Assembly: GCA_945889315.1 (NCBI GenBank)
Contig: CAMDBP010000004.1
Span: forward strand, 4,702 to 68,701
Source of the DNA: Chitinophaga pinensis
Lineage (GTDB): Bacteria; Bacteroidota; Bacteroidia; NS11-12g; UBA9320
DNA length: 64,000 bases
Reading direction: 5' to 3'
The notes beneath the pieces are model-generated. The model saw only the letters and a list, made by a program, of their open reading frames with translations. It had not been told where the DNA came from and did not search any database. Every line of letters starts with the position of its first letter. Positions within the stretch are counted from its first letter, which is position 1. The position numbers and the translations under genes were made by a program. Positions 1 to 9,845 of this stretch are shown one piece after another.

Positions 1-475
1 AAGTGCTGTAAAAATTCCAGTTATGGCAGCCGGCGGTATAGGAACAGGCAAAACAATGCTAGCAGCAATGGCGCTTGGGGCAGAAGGAGTTCAAGTGGGG
101 AGTAGATTTGTTACAAGCATAGAAAGCAGTGCACATACTAACTTTAAAAATATGATTCTTCAAGCAAAAGAAGGATCTACACAGCTAAGTTTAAAACAGC
201 TAACCCCAGTTCGAATGTTGAAAAATAAGTTCTGGGAGGACGTAGTACGCGCCGAATCAAACTGTGCTTCAAAAGAAGATCTAGCTACATTATTGGGCAG
301 AGCTCGCGCTAAAAAAGGAATGTTTGAGGGTGATTTAGTGGAGGGAGAACTAGAAATAGGCCAAATAAGTGGATATATTAATGCGATTAAACCCGCTGGG
401 GACATCATCGTTGAAATGGTAAACGAATACAATGTTGCACTGAGTAACCTTGCTCATAAACCGTTGGAAGAATAA
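1..475 (+). CDS. nitronate monooxygenase / FabK-like flavoprotein family, C-terminal part (5' end outside window)
   Basis: The frame is open from nt 2. AAGGIGTGK...ALGAEGVQVGSRF is the FMN-binding TIM-barrel signature of the NMO (2-nitropropane dioxygenase) family. TAA stop at 473-475. Confidence 0.75.
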   Translation, partial: SAVKIPVMAAGGIGTGKTMLAAMALGAEGVQVGSRFVTSIESSAHTNFKNMILQAKEGSTQLSLKQLTPVRMLKNKFWEDVVRAESNCASKEDLATLLGRARAKKGMFEGDLVEGELEIGQISGYINAIKPAGDIIVEMVNEYNVALSNLAHKPLEE

Positions 476-480
476 AAAAA

Positions 481-1107
481 GTGATTGACCGCCTAAAGCA
501 ATATCTCATAAAAGGTGAAGGTGACATGCTTGACTATAAGCAAGAAATTACTAGTGCCCACAAAATTGCAAAAACAATGGTGAGCTTTGCAAATCATAAA
601 GGTGGTATATTATTGGTAGGTGTGCGCGACAATAGAACAATTGCTGGCATACAAACTGAGGATGAGAAATATATGCTAGATCTTGCCGCATCTTTTTATT
701 GTAAACCAGAAATAAGCTTAGAAATAACTGAGCATCAGATAGGTGATAAAGTAGTACTTGAATGCAATGTACCCGAAGGTGACAAAAAACCTTATTATGC
801 TAAAGGGGAAGATGAAAAATGGTGGGTTTATATTCGAAATAAAGACAAGAGTTTGCTCGCCAGCAAAATAGTGGTGGATGTTCTCAAACGACAAGCAAGC
901 AATCGTGGCACCATGATTAGTTACGGAAAGAACGAGGAAACATTGCTTAAATTCCTCGAAGAAAACGAAAGAATCAACCTTCAAGAATTCCGAAAAATGG
1001 TCAATATCTCCAAATGGCGTGCAGCCAAAATACTCGTTAATTTAATTAGCGCGGGGGTTATAAGGAATCACACCCATGAAAAAACAGAATTTTATACACG
1101 AGCTTAA
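481..1107 (+). CDS. AlbA_2 (Schlafen-like) putative DNA-binding domain protein with C-terminal winged-helix-like tail
   Basis: GTG start lies 6 nt after the upstream stop. LDYKQE...AKTMVSFANHKGGILLVGVRD resembles the AlbA_2 signature. The C-terminal INLQEFRKMVNISKWRAAKILVNLISAGVI looks like a wHTH. Confidence 0.55.
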   Translation: MIDRLKQYLIKGEGDMLDYKQEITSAHKIAKTMVSFANHKGGILLVGVRDNRTIAGIQTEDEKYMLDLAASFYCKPEISLEITEHQIGDKVVLECNVPEGDKKPYYAKGEDEKWWVYIRNKDKSLLASKIVVDVLKRQASNRGTMISYGKNEETLLKFLEENERINLQEFRKMVNISKWRAAKILVNLISAGVIRNHTHEKTEFYTRA

Positions 1108-1163
1108 AAGAGCCAAAATTGACATCTCAAAAAAAAATGAATCCTTTTTTTCGTTAAAATTAG

Positions 1164-1171
1164 TATTTTTG
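1164..1171 (+). promoter_or_regulatory. candidate Bacteroidota -7 promoter box (TATTTTTG, consensus TAnnTTTG)
   Basis: Exact match to TAnnTTTG, 43 nt upstream of the ATG at 1214. Confidence 0.35.
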
Positions 1172-1213
1172 CTTGCTAGTCTGTGGTTTAGAACATAAAA
1201 TTTTTACTTTAAA

Positions 1214-2140
1214 ATGCTCAAAAGAAACATAAAATCAGTATTATGGGTAACCTTGTTACTCTGCTTAGGCACACTAAATGCGAATGCACAAAAACGTTGG
1301 TTTAGAACAAGCGCATTAGAATTTGGTTTGATTGGTGGATTTTCCCATTATTCGGGGGAGCTAACTCCAGCTTATTTTGATGCCAGAGGCTTGAAACCCA
1401 GCGCAGGAATTATTACAAGATATACACCCAACAGCTTGGTCACTTTCAGACTAAGTGCTCAATATGGAAAACTAGAAGGGGATGATAAGTGGAGCGGTGA
1501 GACTGAAACCCAAGCAAGAAACTTGAATTTTCAATCAGACATTTGGGATTTTACGGGAGCTGCGGAATTTAACTTTAACTACATTGATTTTAGACAAAAA
1601 ACAGGCGTTATTCCTTATGCTTTTATTGGAGCTAGTGTATTTAAATTTAACCCTAAAGCTGTTTTTAATTATAACCCCAATTTACAGTTATCCCAATACC
1701 TAGGCTCTTCATACGATAATCTAGCAAGTCGAGATGGAGAGTTAGTTGAATTGCAACCCTTAGGTACAGAAGGACAAGAAACAACAGAATTCAACGATCG
1801 TAAACGATACGCGCTTACGCAAGTTGCCATTCCGATAGGAGCAGGATTTAAATTTAAAGTAAGTCACAACTGGATGATTGGAGTAGAATACGGGGCAAGA
1901 ATAACGTTCACCGATTACTTAGATGACGTAAGTGATTCGTATGTAGACCCAAGCAGGCTACAAGCTCAATACGGGCCAATGTCTGCAGCAATGTCCATAA
2001 GAAGCGAAACATACGATGAAACAAAAATCGAAGGTTCCCCGAGAGGAGACGCTAAAAAAAATGATATGTATGGAATATTTGGTGTTACAATCATGTATCG
2101 CATATATGGGAATAAGCCTGCTTGCCCAACTTTTTTATAA
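1214..2140 (+). CDS. outer-membrane beta-barrel protein, DUF6089-like
   Basis: Signal peptide (LLLCLGTLNANAQ), amphipathic beta-strand pattern, FTDYLDDVS motif and C-terminal CPTF. A tandem paralogue follows. The position upstream of uppS-bamA is typical for this family. Confidence 0.6.
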   Translation: MLKRNIKSVLWVTLLLCLGTLNANAQKRWFRTSALEFGLIGGFSHYSGELTPAYFDARGLKPSAGIITRYTPNSLVTFRLSAQYGKLEGDDKWSGETETQARNLNFQSDIWDFTGAAEFNFNYIDFRQKTGVIPYAFIGASVFKFNPKAVFNYNPNLQLSQYLGSSYDNLASRDGELVELQPLGTEGQETTEFNDRKRYALTQVAIPIGAGFKFKVSHNWMIGVEYGARITFTDYLDDVSDSYVDPSRLQAQYGPMSAAMSIRSETYDETKIEGSPRGDAKKNDMYGIFGVTIMYRIYGNKPACPTFL

Positions 2141-2186
2141 CGCTTCAATCATTTAATCGCTACCTAAGGTAACATCTTAGTTAATT

Positions 2187-2984
2187 TTGCGTATTAATAG
2201 CAATACCCAAAACACATTGCAGAAACTTAGCTTAATATTTACATTCATAGTATGCGCTTTAGCATCTCGTGCTCAGTCTTTTGAGATTGGTGGAATGTTA
2301 GGCGGATCAAACTATCATGGCGATTTAGCGTATCACATCGTCCCCAGAGAAACAAATGCCTCAGGAGGAATTTTTGGAAGAATAAATTTTAATGAATTCT
2401 GGACCATGCGTCCTACCCTATCTTACCTTCGAATATCAGGTGCTGATAGTAATTTTAGCGAGTACAAGCTCCGAAATTTAAGTTTCAGAAATGCCATTTA
2501 CGAAATTTCCAATGTGATGGAACTAAACTTTCGTCCATTTAGCAATGAAAGAATTCATGGCAAAACGACGGTTTACGCACTAGCAGGTATTGCTGGTTTT
2601 TATCATACGCCAAAAGCCTTTTATAATAATCAATGGGTTGAGTTAAAACCGTTGCGCACAGAAACCAAAGGATATAAGACCTTTCAATTAGCCATACCCA
2701 TGGGAGCTGGTGTTAAGCATGCCGTAACTGAAAACATTATAATAGGCTTTGAAGCAGCCTGGCGTAAAACATTTACAGATCATTTAGATGATGTTAGTAC
2801 GGTTTACCCATCTTTGCCCCCAAATAGTCGAACGTTAAGCGATAGATCTTGGGAAGTTTCGGAAGATGGACTATCCAAAGCAAGCCAAGGTGATATGCGC
2901 GGAGATCCGAATCTAAAAGATTGGTATTTCCAGACAGCGTTTACCCTTTCGTATCGATTCACTCCCATTAAATGTCCATTTTAA
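2187..2984 (+). CDS. outer-membrane beta-barrel protein, DUF6089-like (paralogue of 1214-2140)
   Basis: TTG start and signal peptide (IVCALASRAQS). It shares IP.GAG.K, FTD.LDDVS and a C-terminal CPF with the upstream gene. Confidence 0.6.
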   Translation: MRINSNTQNTLQKLSLIFTFIVCALASRAQSFEIGGMLGGSNYHGDLAYHIVPRETNASGGIFGRINFNEFWTMRPTLSYLRISGADSNFSEYKLRNLSFRNAIYEISNVMELNFRPFSNERIHGKTTVYALAGIAGFYHTPKAFYNNQWVELKPLRTETKGYKTFQLAIPMGAGVKHAVTENIIIGFEAAWRKTFTDHLDDVSTVYPSLPPNSRTLSDRSWEVSEDGLSKASQGDMRGDPNLKDWYFQTAFTLSYRFTPIKCPF

Positions 2985-2995
2985 TCACGTAGACA

Positions 2996-3733
2996 ATGAG
3001 TAAAGACCAAATAAATCTAAATAAATTACCAAAACATATAGCCATCATCATGGACGGAAATGGCAGATGGGCCAAAGAAAAAGGTAAATTTAGAATATTC
3101 GGGCATCAAAACGGGGTAAAAGCAGTAAGAGAGGTTTCTGAAGGCTGCGCAGAACTTGGAGTGGAGTACTTAACCTTGTATGCATTCAGTACTGAAAATT
3201 GGAGTCGTCCAAAAATTGAGGTAAATGCGCTGATGACGCTCCTTGTAAAAACGATAAAAAGCGAAACACAAACCCTCATGAAAAATGGCATTAAACTAGA
3301 TGCTATTGGCGACAGAACCACACTCCCCGCAGAATGCCTTAAAGAACTTGATGAGGCTATAAATGCGACTAAAGACAATACCCGAATGACCTTAATCCTG
3401 GCGTTAAGTTACAGTGCGAAATGGGATATTGTAAATGCAACACGCACCATAGCTCAAAAGGCATTGAATGGTGAAATAGCTATTGAAGACGTGAACGAAG
3501 AATTAATAGATCGCACCCTAACCACACACAAATATCCACATCCTGAATTAATGATACGAACAAGCGGTGAACTCAGGATTAGTAATTTTTTGTTGTGGGA
3601 AATCGCTTACAGCGAATTGTATTTTACCACTGTACTTTGGCCTGACTATAGAAAAGAACAACTTTACGAAGCTATTCTAGAATATCAAAGTAGAGAAAGA
3701 AGATTTGGTAAAACGAGCGAGCAATTAGTATAA
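2996..3733 (+). CDS. uppS: isoprenyl transferase (undecaprenyl-diphosphate synthase)
   Basis: Carries MDGNGRWA and IRTSGE.RISNFLLWE cis-prenyltransferase motifs. Length is 245 aa. Confidence 0.93.
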   Translation: MSKDQINLNKLPKHIAIIMDGNGRWAKEKGKFRIFGHQNGVKAVREVSEGCAELGVEYLTLYAFSTENWSRPKIEVNALMTLLVKTIKSETQTLMKNGIKLDAIGDRTTLPAECLKELDEAINATKDNTRMTLILALSYSAKWDIVNATRTIAQKALNGEIAIEDVNEELIDRTLTTHKYPHPELMIRTSGELRISNFLLWEIAYSELYFTTVLWPDYRKEQLYEAILEYQSRERRFGKTSEQLV

Positions 3734-3747
3734 AAAGAAAACGAAAA

Positions 3748-6249
3748 ATGAAGAGAATAAGCCTAATAGCTTTTATACTTATCCATCTATGCTCCTATGG
3801 GCAAATGTTAGATAACCCGTCAAGCACTATAACTATAGACTACGAAAACCCTCAAAAATTTGAAATCGCAGAAATAACGATTACAGGAAACAACTTTACG
3901 GATGCCAACATAATTATCATTATGTCTGGACTCAAGGTGGGACAAACAGTGACGTTACCAGGAGAAGAAACACGAGAGGCATTAGAAAATCTGTGGAAAC
4001 AAAAACTTTTTAGTGACATAGAGTTAGGATTATCTAAAGTTGACGGAATAAAATTATCACTGGTTATAGCGGTAAAGGAAAGACCTCGATTGTCTAAATA
4101 TTCAATTAAAGGTCTAAAAAAAGGCGAAACGAATAATATACGTGACGAAATTACTTTAGATAAAAATCAATTAATTACAGAAGACTTGGTTAATAAAACC
4201 AATCGTGAAATTGAAGCATACTTTTTCGACAAAGGGTTTTACGGCATTAAAACTACTTTTATAAATGAAGCAGATCCAGAAAAACCCAATTACGAAATAC
4301 TGCGTATCGACATCAACAAAGGAAAAAAAGTAAAGGTTCAAAATATAATTTTTGAAGGAAATGCGAATATAGAAGATGCGAAATTACGTAAGCTTCTTAA
4401 GCCTAAACGTATGTACAAAAAAATCAACGTTTTTGCTTCTTCCAAATATGTGGCTGAAACTTACGAAGAATCTAGACCCGCCATATTAGCAAAGTATAGC
4501 TCATTAGGTTATAGAGATGCATATCTACTATATGATACTGTAGAGCAGATTAGTCCTGACCGAGTAAATCTTAGAATAGGCATTAGTGAAGGGAAAAAAT
4601 ATTACTTCAGATACATAACCTGGACAGGTAATACCAAGTATAGAACCTCTTTATTAGATACCTTACTAGGTATAAAAAAAGGTGATGTTTATGATCAATC
4701 TCGTTTAGACAATAAACTCTTTATGAGCGAAAATGGATTTGACGTTTCTAGTTTGTATATGGATGACGGGTATCTTTTCTTTAACATTAACCCTATTGAA
4801 GTGCTTGTCGAGAATGACAGTATAGATTTGGAAATGAGAATATATGAAGGCAAACAAGCTACCGTTAATAGAGTTACTATAATTGGAAACGACAAAACTA
4901 GTGATTTTGTGGCATTGCGAGTTATTCGTACCAGACCCGGCGATAAATTTAGCAGATCGGATATACAGAGAAGTATGCGCGAATTAGCCCAAATGGGCTT
5001 CTTTGATCCAGAAGGTCTTGATGTAAATCCTAAACCTAATCCACAAAATGGAACAGTTGACATAGAATATAAAGTAGCTGAAAAACCAAGTGACCAAATA
5101 GAGGCGTCTGGCGGATGGGGTGGCTTTGGCGGATTTGTTGGAACTTTAGGCCTTACCTTAAATAATTTTAGCTCTCGAAAGATGCTACAAAAAGGTGGTT
5201 GGAATCCCATTCCAGCTGGAGATGGTCAAAAACTATCCTTAAGAGCTCAGAGTAATGGACCGCAATTTCAAGGTTACAACTTCTCTTTTACAGAGCCTTG
5301 GTTAGGAGGTAAAAAACCAAATTCACTGAGCATTAGCTTATTTCACAATGTGCAATCTACGTTTAGTTTTGCTAAAGACAGACCAAAGTTTACAACATCA
5401 GGTGGCAGTATTGGATTTGGAAAACAATTAAAGTTTCCTGACGATTATTTCTCTTTTAGCACTTCTTTGACGTACCAAAGATATGGATTACACGATTGGA
5501 ACAACTTTGGTGCTGCTGAACTTGGTTTTACCAATGGTTATGCAAATAATCTTAGTATCTCCACTATATTGGGACGTAACAGCACCAACCACCCGATTTA
5601 TCCTACAGAAGGAAGTTCGTTTTCTGCAAGCATACAATTCACTCCTCCCTATTCACTTATCAATCCTAAGGAAGATTACGCAAAACTCACAGCACAAGAA
5701 AAGTTTAAATGGGTAGAGCTAGTAAAAACAAAATTTTCTGGACAATGGTATATTGGCTTTCCTGCCAATGCCAAAAGACAAGTTGTTGTCGCTCCAGCGT
5801 ATAGATTTGGAGCGGTTGCCCCATGGAATAAAAAAATAGGTTACTCTCCTTTCGAATTATTTAGAGTAGGTGGAAGTGGCTTATCTAACTTTGTTTTATA
5901 TGGTACAGATATAGTGGCACAAAGAGGTTACGATGAAGGAAAAATAAGTGACCCTCAGTTCGGACAAAGCGCCTTACCAATTTATAGCAAATATAGTATT
6001 GAAATAAGATATCCTTTAACAGTTGGTCAGTCAAGTACCATATATGTTCAAACCTTTTTAGAGGCAGGAAACGCATATAACAGTTTCCAAGATTTCAACC
6101 CATTTGAAGTGCGAAGAGCGGGCGGAGTAGGTGTTAGATTATTTCTCCCTATGTTTGGCTTATTAGGGGTCGATTACGCTTGGCCTATGGATGCATCAAA
6201 ATATGATCAAAAAGGTATTTTTCACTTTTTTATCGGTCAACAATTTTAG
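3748..6249 (+). CDS. bamA: outer membrane protein assembly factor BamA
   Basis: 833 aa with a signal peptide, POTRA-type N-terminal repeats and a C-terminal Omp85 barrel ending in an aromatic residue. It lies directly downstream of uppS. Confidence 0.9.
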   Translation: MKRISLIAFILIHLCSYGQMLDNPSSTITIDYENPQKFEIAEITITGNNFTDANIIIIMSGLKVGQTVTLPGEETREALENLWKQKLFSDIELGLSKVDGIKLSLVIAVKERPRLSKYSIKGLKKGETNNIRDEITLDKNQLITEDLVNKTNREIEAYFFDKGFYGIKTTFINEADPEKPNYEILRIDINKGKKVKVQNIIFEGNANIEDAKLRKLLKPKRMYKKINVFASSKYVAETYEESRPAILAKYSSLGYRDAYLLYDTVEQISPDRVNLRIGISEGKKYYFRYITWTGNTKYRTSLLDTLLGIKKGDVYDQSRLDNKLFMSENGFDVSSLYMDDGYLFFNINPIEVLVENDSIDLEMRIYEGKQATVNRVTIIGNDKTSDFVALRVIRTRPGDKFSRSDIQRSMRELAQMGFFDPEGLDVNPKPNPQNGTVDIEYKVAEKPSDQIEASGGWGGFGGFVGTLGLTLNNFSSRKMLQKGGWNPIPAGDGQKLSLRAQSNGPQFQGYNFSFTEPWLGGKKPNSLSISLFHNVQSTFSFAKDRPKFTTSGGSIGFGKQLKFPDDYFSFSTSLTYQRYGLHDWNNFGAAELGFTNGYANNLSISTILGRNSTNHPIYPTEGSSFSASIQFTPPYSLINPKEDYAKLTAQEKFKWVELVKTKFSGQWYIGFPANAKRQVVVAPAYRFGAVAPWNKKIGYSPFELFRVGGSGLSNFVLYGTDIVAQRGYDEGKISDPQFGQSALPIYSKYSIEIRYPLTVGQSSTIYVQTFLEAGNAYNSFQDFNPFEVRRAGGVGVRLFLPMFGLLGVDYAWPMDASKYDQKGIFHFFIGQQF

Positions 6250-6298
6250 GTTGTACTCATGCAATAGTTCCTAATTTCACTCAAGGGTTTTGTGCAAA

Positions 6299-7888
6299 AT
6301 GAGACTTCATTCCCTCTTTTTAATTGCGATGTATACTATAAGTTATGGTCAAGACACCATTAACTATAACCTCTTGGTAACCAATAAAATAGGTGAAAGT
6401 ATACCTGTCAACTACAAATCGTCTGTAACTGGTGCCAAGATGACTGCCTACTTACAGGACGGAAAATGGCTCGCGGTAGACTCTCTGAATAACGTCCTTA
6501 TCGAAGCACATTACTCTGCAAATAAAAAAAAACAGAGTACTACAAAAGATGGTCTAGAAATTTTCCTTGATCCTATTCTAGGAGACACCATTCTAATACG
6601 TGAGTTTGACAAAGGGCGGCTCAAGCAACAACTTGCTTACCGCCCAGCTATCATCGTCTATGGTAATACCATTTTCCATTGTTACTTAGATTTTGCCTCC
6701 TACACAATTGCCGAATACACACGCGACTATTCTGGAAAGGGAGATTTTACTTCTATTTGGAAATCCACGATGGAGGATCCTAAACAAATTTTGAAAAACC
6801 CCGAGTACTTGCGTCAAGAAGCCGAATACGGGGATCCTACACTCATACAACCCGCTACGTATAGCACTAAGGCACAGTACAACTATGTAAACAATCCTGA
6901 GTTTGAAGTGCATCCTAAGGCTCAGTTTTCTATCATGTCCTTTACCAACCAAATGGAGTATTGGAGCATTGCTTCTGAATCTCCTGATTTATATATTTCT
7001 CCAGAATCAGCTTTAAGCGGGAGTTCATTTGTGGGATTCAGGGTTTTTAGTTTGAAAAAAGACATTGAATACCTTCAAAATGAATTAAAACAACCATTAG
7101 CAAAAGATTCAATTTACTGTTTTAGCGCCTATTTGCGGCTCTCCTCTGGCAGTAAATACGCGTCCAACGCTTTTGGGTTTTTACTCTCAGTAGAGCCGCA
7201 GCAAATTAACACAGATCAACTTTTACGCATTAAGCCTAGTAAGCATCTAAATACGCAAATACTTAACTACAAAACACGCTGGATGAAATTACAGTGTACG
7301 TATAAAGCTCAAGGTGGAGAAAAATATTTAGTAATTGGAAGTTTTCAAAATCATAAGGAATTGCAACTAGTAGAGGTACCCGGTCAAGTTGTTGAAAGCT
7401 ACTACTATATGGATGATGTAAGTCTTGTTCCTATGGATAAAGAAGAAAATTGTGCCTGTAATTTTGCGGATAAGAGAAAGGAGCCTATTCAAGAACTGAT
7501 TTTTGAGGATGAAAATCATACTAAATTTGATACACTTAAAGTAGGTCAAAAAATAGTCTTAGAGAATATTCATTTTGAAAATGACGAGGCCGAATTACTT
7601 TTAGAATCTTACAAAGCACTTTATGATGTTTTATTCTATCTTACAGAGAATATCAAAGTTAAGGTAGAAATATCTGGTCACACTAGCTGTATCGGTGGAA
7701 CTAACCACAATTTAAGATTGAGCTCAAAACGATCCGAAGCAGTTAAAAAATTTTTAAGTCTTAATGGTATTGCTGATGATCGAATAGAAACGGTTGGTTT
7801 TGGTGCTCAATTTCCGATAGCTAGTAACGAAACGGAGGCTGGACAAAAAGAAAATAGACGCGTAGAATTTAAGATACTCGCGAAATAG
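6299..7888 (+). CDS. OmpA-family protein with large N-terminal domain of unknown function
   Basis: ATG at 6299 gives signal peptide MRLHSLFLIAMYTISYGQ. The C-terminus has an OmpA peptidoglycan-binding domain (ISGHTS...LRLSSKRSEAVKKFL...NRRVEFKI). The track start at 6290 is a TTG alternative. Confidence 0.8.
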   Translation: MRLHSLFLIAMYTISYGQDTINYNLLVTNKIGESIPVNYKSSVTGAKMTAYLQDGKWLAVDSLNNVLIEAHYSANKKKQSTTKDGLEIFLDPILGDTILIREFDKGRLKQQLAYRPAIIVYGNTIFHCYLDFASYTIAEYTRDYSGKGDFTSIWKSTMEDPKQILKNPEYLRQEAEYGDPTLIQPATYSTKAQYNYVNNPEFEVHPKAQFSIMSFTNQMEYWSIASESPDLYISPESALSGSSFVGFRVFSLKKDIEYLQNELKQPLAKDSIYCFSAYLRLSSGSKYASNAFGFLLSVEPQQINTDQLLRIKPSKHLNTQILNYKTRWMKLQCTYKAQGGEKYLVIGSFQNHKELQLVEVPGQVVESYYYMDDVSLVPMDKEENCACNFADKRKEPIQELIFEDENHTKFDTLKVGQKIVLENIHFENDEAELLLESYKALYDVLFYLTENIKVKVEISGHTSCIGGTNHNLRLSSKRSEAVKKFLSLNGIADDRIETVGFGAQFPIASNETEAGQKENRRVEFKILAK

Positions 7889-7893
7889 TATGC

Positions 7894-8406
7894 TTATTTG
7901 CGCTGTTTGTAAACAGGAACCGTGCTGCAAGGCTCCCCAAACATTAGTGACTTTACCACTGGCACTAGCTTACTGGTTAATAGTACATAAGCGTGATTGC
8001 TAATCGCTCGATTTCCACATCCTTTAATAACAACTCTTTTGTCTAAATAATCCTCTGCACGTATAACTGAAAGCTCTCTTTCTACAATCATAGCATTGAG
8101 CTGGGCAGGTGCGCAAAAATATACACTAGAGCTGTAGTCTTGCAAAGCAGAGGCAACCAGCATATACGCCCATGTAGGAACTACTGCATCTGCAGAGCAG
8201 TGTATTGCAACATCACAATCTCTATAGATTGACCAATCGGCTTCTTTAATCCAGGCTCTAAAATCAGCTTCCTTTAAGATTAAACCTTGGAAAAGTTGTG
8301 CAGCGATATCAATAGACTTAGCATCACGGTTAGGTATAAAATCCTCTAAGTCTATGGATATAATTCCGCTTTGAGCTACTCTATTTATGATACCCTCTTC
8401 TTCCAT
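7894..8406 (-). CDS. DUF2480-like conserved hypothetical protein
   Basis: 170 aa. From memory, the N-terminal INRVA...IDLEDF and C-terminal GEPCSTVPVYK pattern match Bacteroidota DUF2480. Its start overlaps the pyk stop by 1 nt (TAATG). Confidence 0.5.
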   Translation of the reverse strand: MEEEGIINRVAQSGIISIDLEDFIPNRDAKSIDIAAQLFQGLILKEADFRAWIKEADWSIYRDCDVAIHCSADAVVPTWAYMLVASALQDYSSSVYFCAPAQLNAMIVERELSVIRAEDYLDKRVVIKGCGNRAISNHAYVLLTSKLVPVVKSLMFGEPCSTVPVYKQRK

Positions 8407-9845
8407 TATTCTCCTACCGTACTTATTTTCAACGCATTCGTTTTCCCGTTTTCCGATACAGGCATCGCTGCAGTATTTATGACCACATCACCATCTACCA
8501 ATAAGCCTTCTCCTTTTAAAATTCCTATAACTTCTTTAATAGTATGATCCGTATTTGTCATGCCATCATAAAAGAAGGCTCTAACATTCCAAACTAAACT
8601 CAGTCTAGCAAGTAAATGTTTATTCCCTGTAAAAATAAAGATATCGCAATTAGGTCTTCCACTTGCAATTTTATAGGCAGTATAACCACTCTGTGTCATC
8701 GATATAATCGCTTTGGCATTTAAACCTTCGCTCATATTAACTGAAGAATAGCAAATCCTATCTGAAATAAAAGAAGGTGATGAGGGATCTGGTTTCTTAA
8801 ATTTATTATAAATATTCCAACCTAACTCGGTGCTTCCTAGAATTTTTTCTACAGCTTCAACGGCTTTCAGGGGATACTCCCCAACAGAAGTTTCCGCACT
8901 AAGCATTACCGCATCAGCCCCATCCATAACGGCATTTGCCACATCACTTGTTTCTGCGCGCGTCGGCGTTGGAGAGGTAATCATACTTTCCATCATTTGA
9001 GTAGCGATGATTACAGGTGTAGATGCATCGATACAAAGGGATACAATTTTCTTTTGTATCATAGGAACTTGCTCCATAGGCATTTCCACGCCTAAATCTC
9101 CTCGTGCAATCATTATTGCATCCGTTAAAGCTATTATCGCTTCAATGTTTTTAACCGCTTGCGGCTTTTCTATTTTGGCTACAATGTGAGCTTGGCAATC
9201 ATTCGCATTTAATATTTCCCTAAGTTCAATGATATCCTGCGCTTCCCTTACGAAAGATAGCGCTACCCAATCCAGTTTGTGCTCCATTATAAACTCGAGA
9301 TCTTTCCTGTCTTTAGGAGTGAGACAAGCAACTGACATATCAGAAGAAGGTAAATTGAACCCTTTATTTGAACTCAAATACCCGCCGTTTATGACTATAG
9401 CTTCAACCGTATTTTCATCTACTCTTTTAGTGAATTCGAGTTCAAGTTTCCCATCGTCTAGTAATACCCTTTCACCCACTTTAACATCACGTGCTAGCGT
9501 GGAATATTTAACATAAATGGTACTCCCAGAACTTACAGTTGCTTCCGTCGTCAGTGTCATGGTAGCGCCGGTCTCAAGCCACATTTGGTTATTTTCTACT
9601 TTCCCTATTCTAAGTTTAGGACCTTGTAAGTCCCCTAGAATGGCCACATTTGTTCCCAGTTCAGCATTTGCTTCTCTGATATTTTTTACTACTTGTAAGT
9701 GCGTATCCCAATCTCCATGTGAAAAATTGATACGACAAACATCAAGCCCAGCTTTTATTAATTGTTTTAGCATAGGAACGCTCGATGAAGCAGGGCCCAT
9801 GGTGGCAATAATTTTGGTCTTGTTGTATTTTATTTTTTTACTCAT
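8406..9845 (-). CDS. pyk: pyruvate kinase
   Basis: TKIIATMGPA, NFSHG and MIARGDLGVE motifs. 479 aa. Confidence 0.93.
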   Translation of the reverse strand: MSKKIKYNKTKIIATMGPASSSVPMLKQLIKAGLDVCRINFSHGDWDTHLQVVKNIREANAELGTNVAILGDLQGPKLRIGKVENNQMWLETGATMTLTTEATVSSGSTIYVKYSTLARDVKVGERVLLDDGKLELEFTKRVDENTVEAIVINGGYLSSNKGFNLPSSDMSVACLTPKDRKDLEFIMEHKLDWVALSFVREAQDIIELREILNANDCQAHIVAKIEKPQAVKNIEAIIALTDAIMIARGDLGVEMPMEQVPMIQKKIVSLCIDASTPVIIATQMMESMITSPTPTRAETSDVANAVMDGADAVMLSAETSVGEYPLKAVEAVEKILGSTELGWNIYNKFKKPDPSSPSFISDRICYSSVNMSEGLNAKAIISMTQSGYTAYKIASGRPNCDIFIFTGNKHLLARLSLVWNVRAFFYDGMTNTDHTIKEVIGILKGEGLLVDGDVVINTAAMPVSENGKTNALKISTVGE

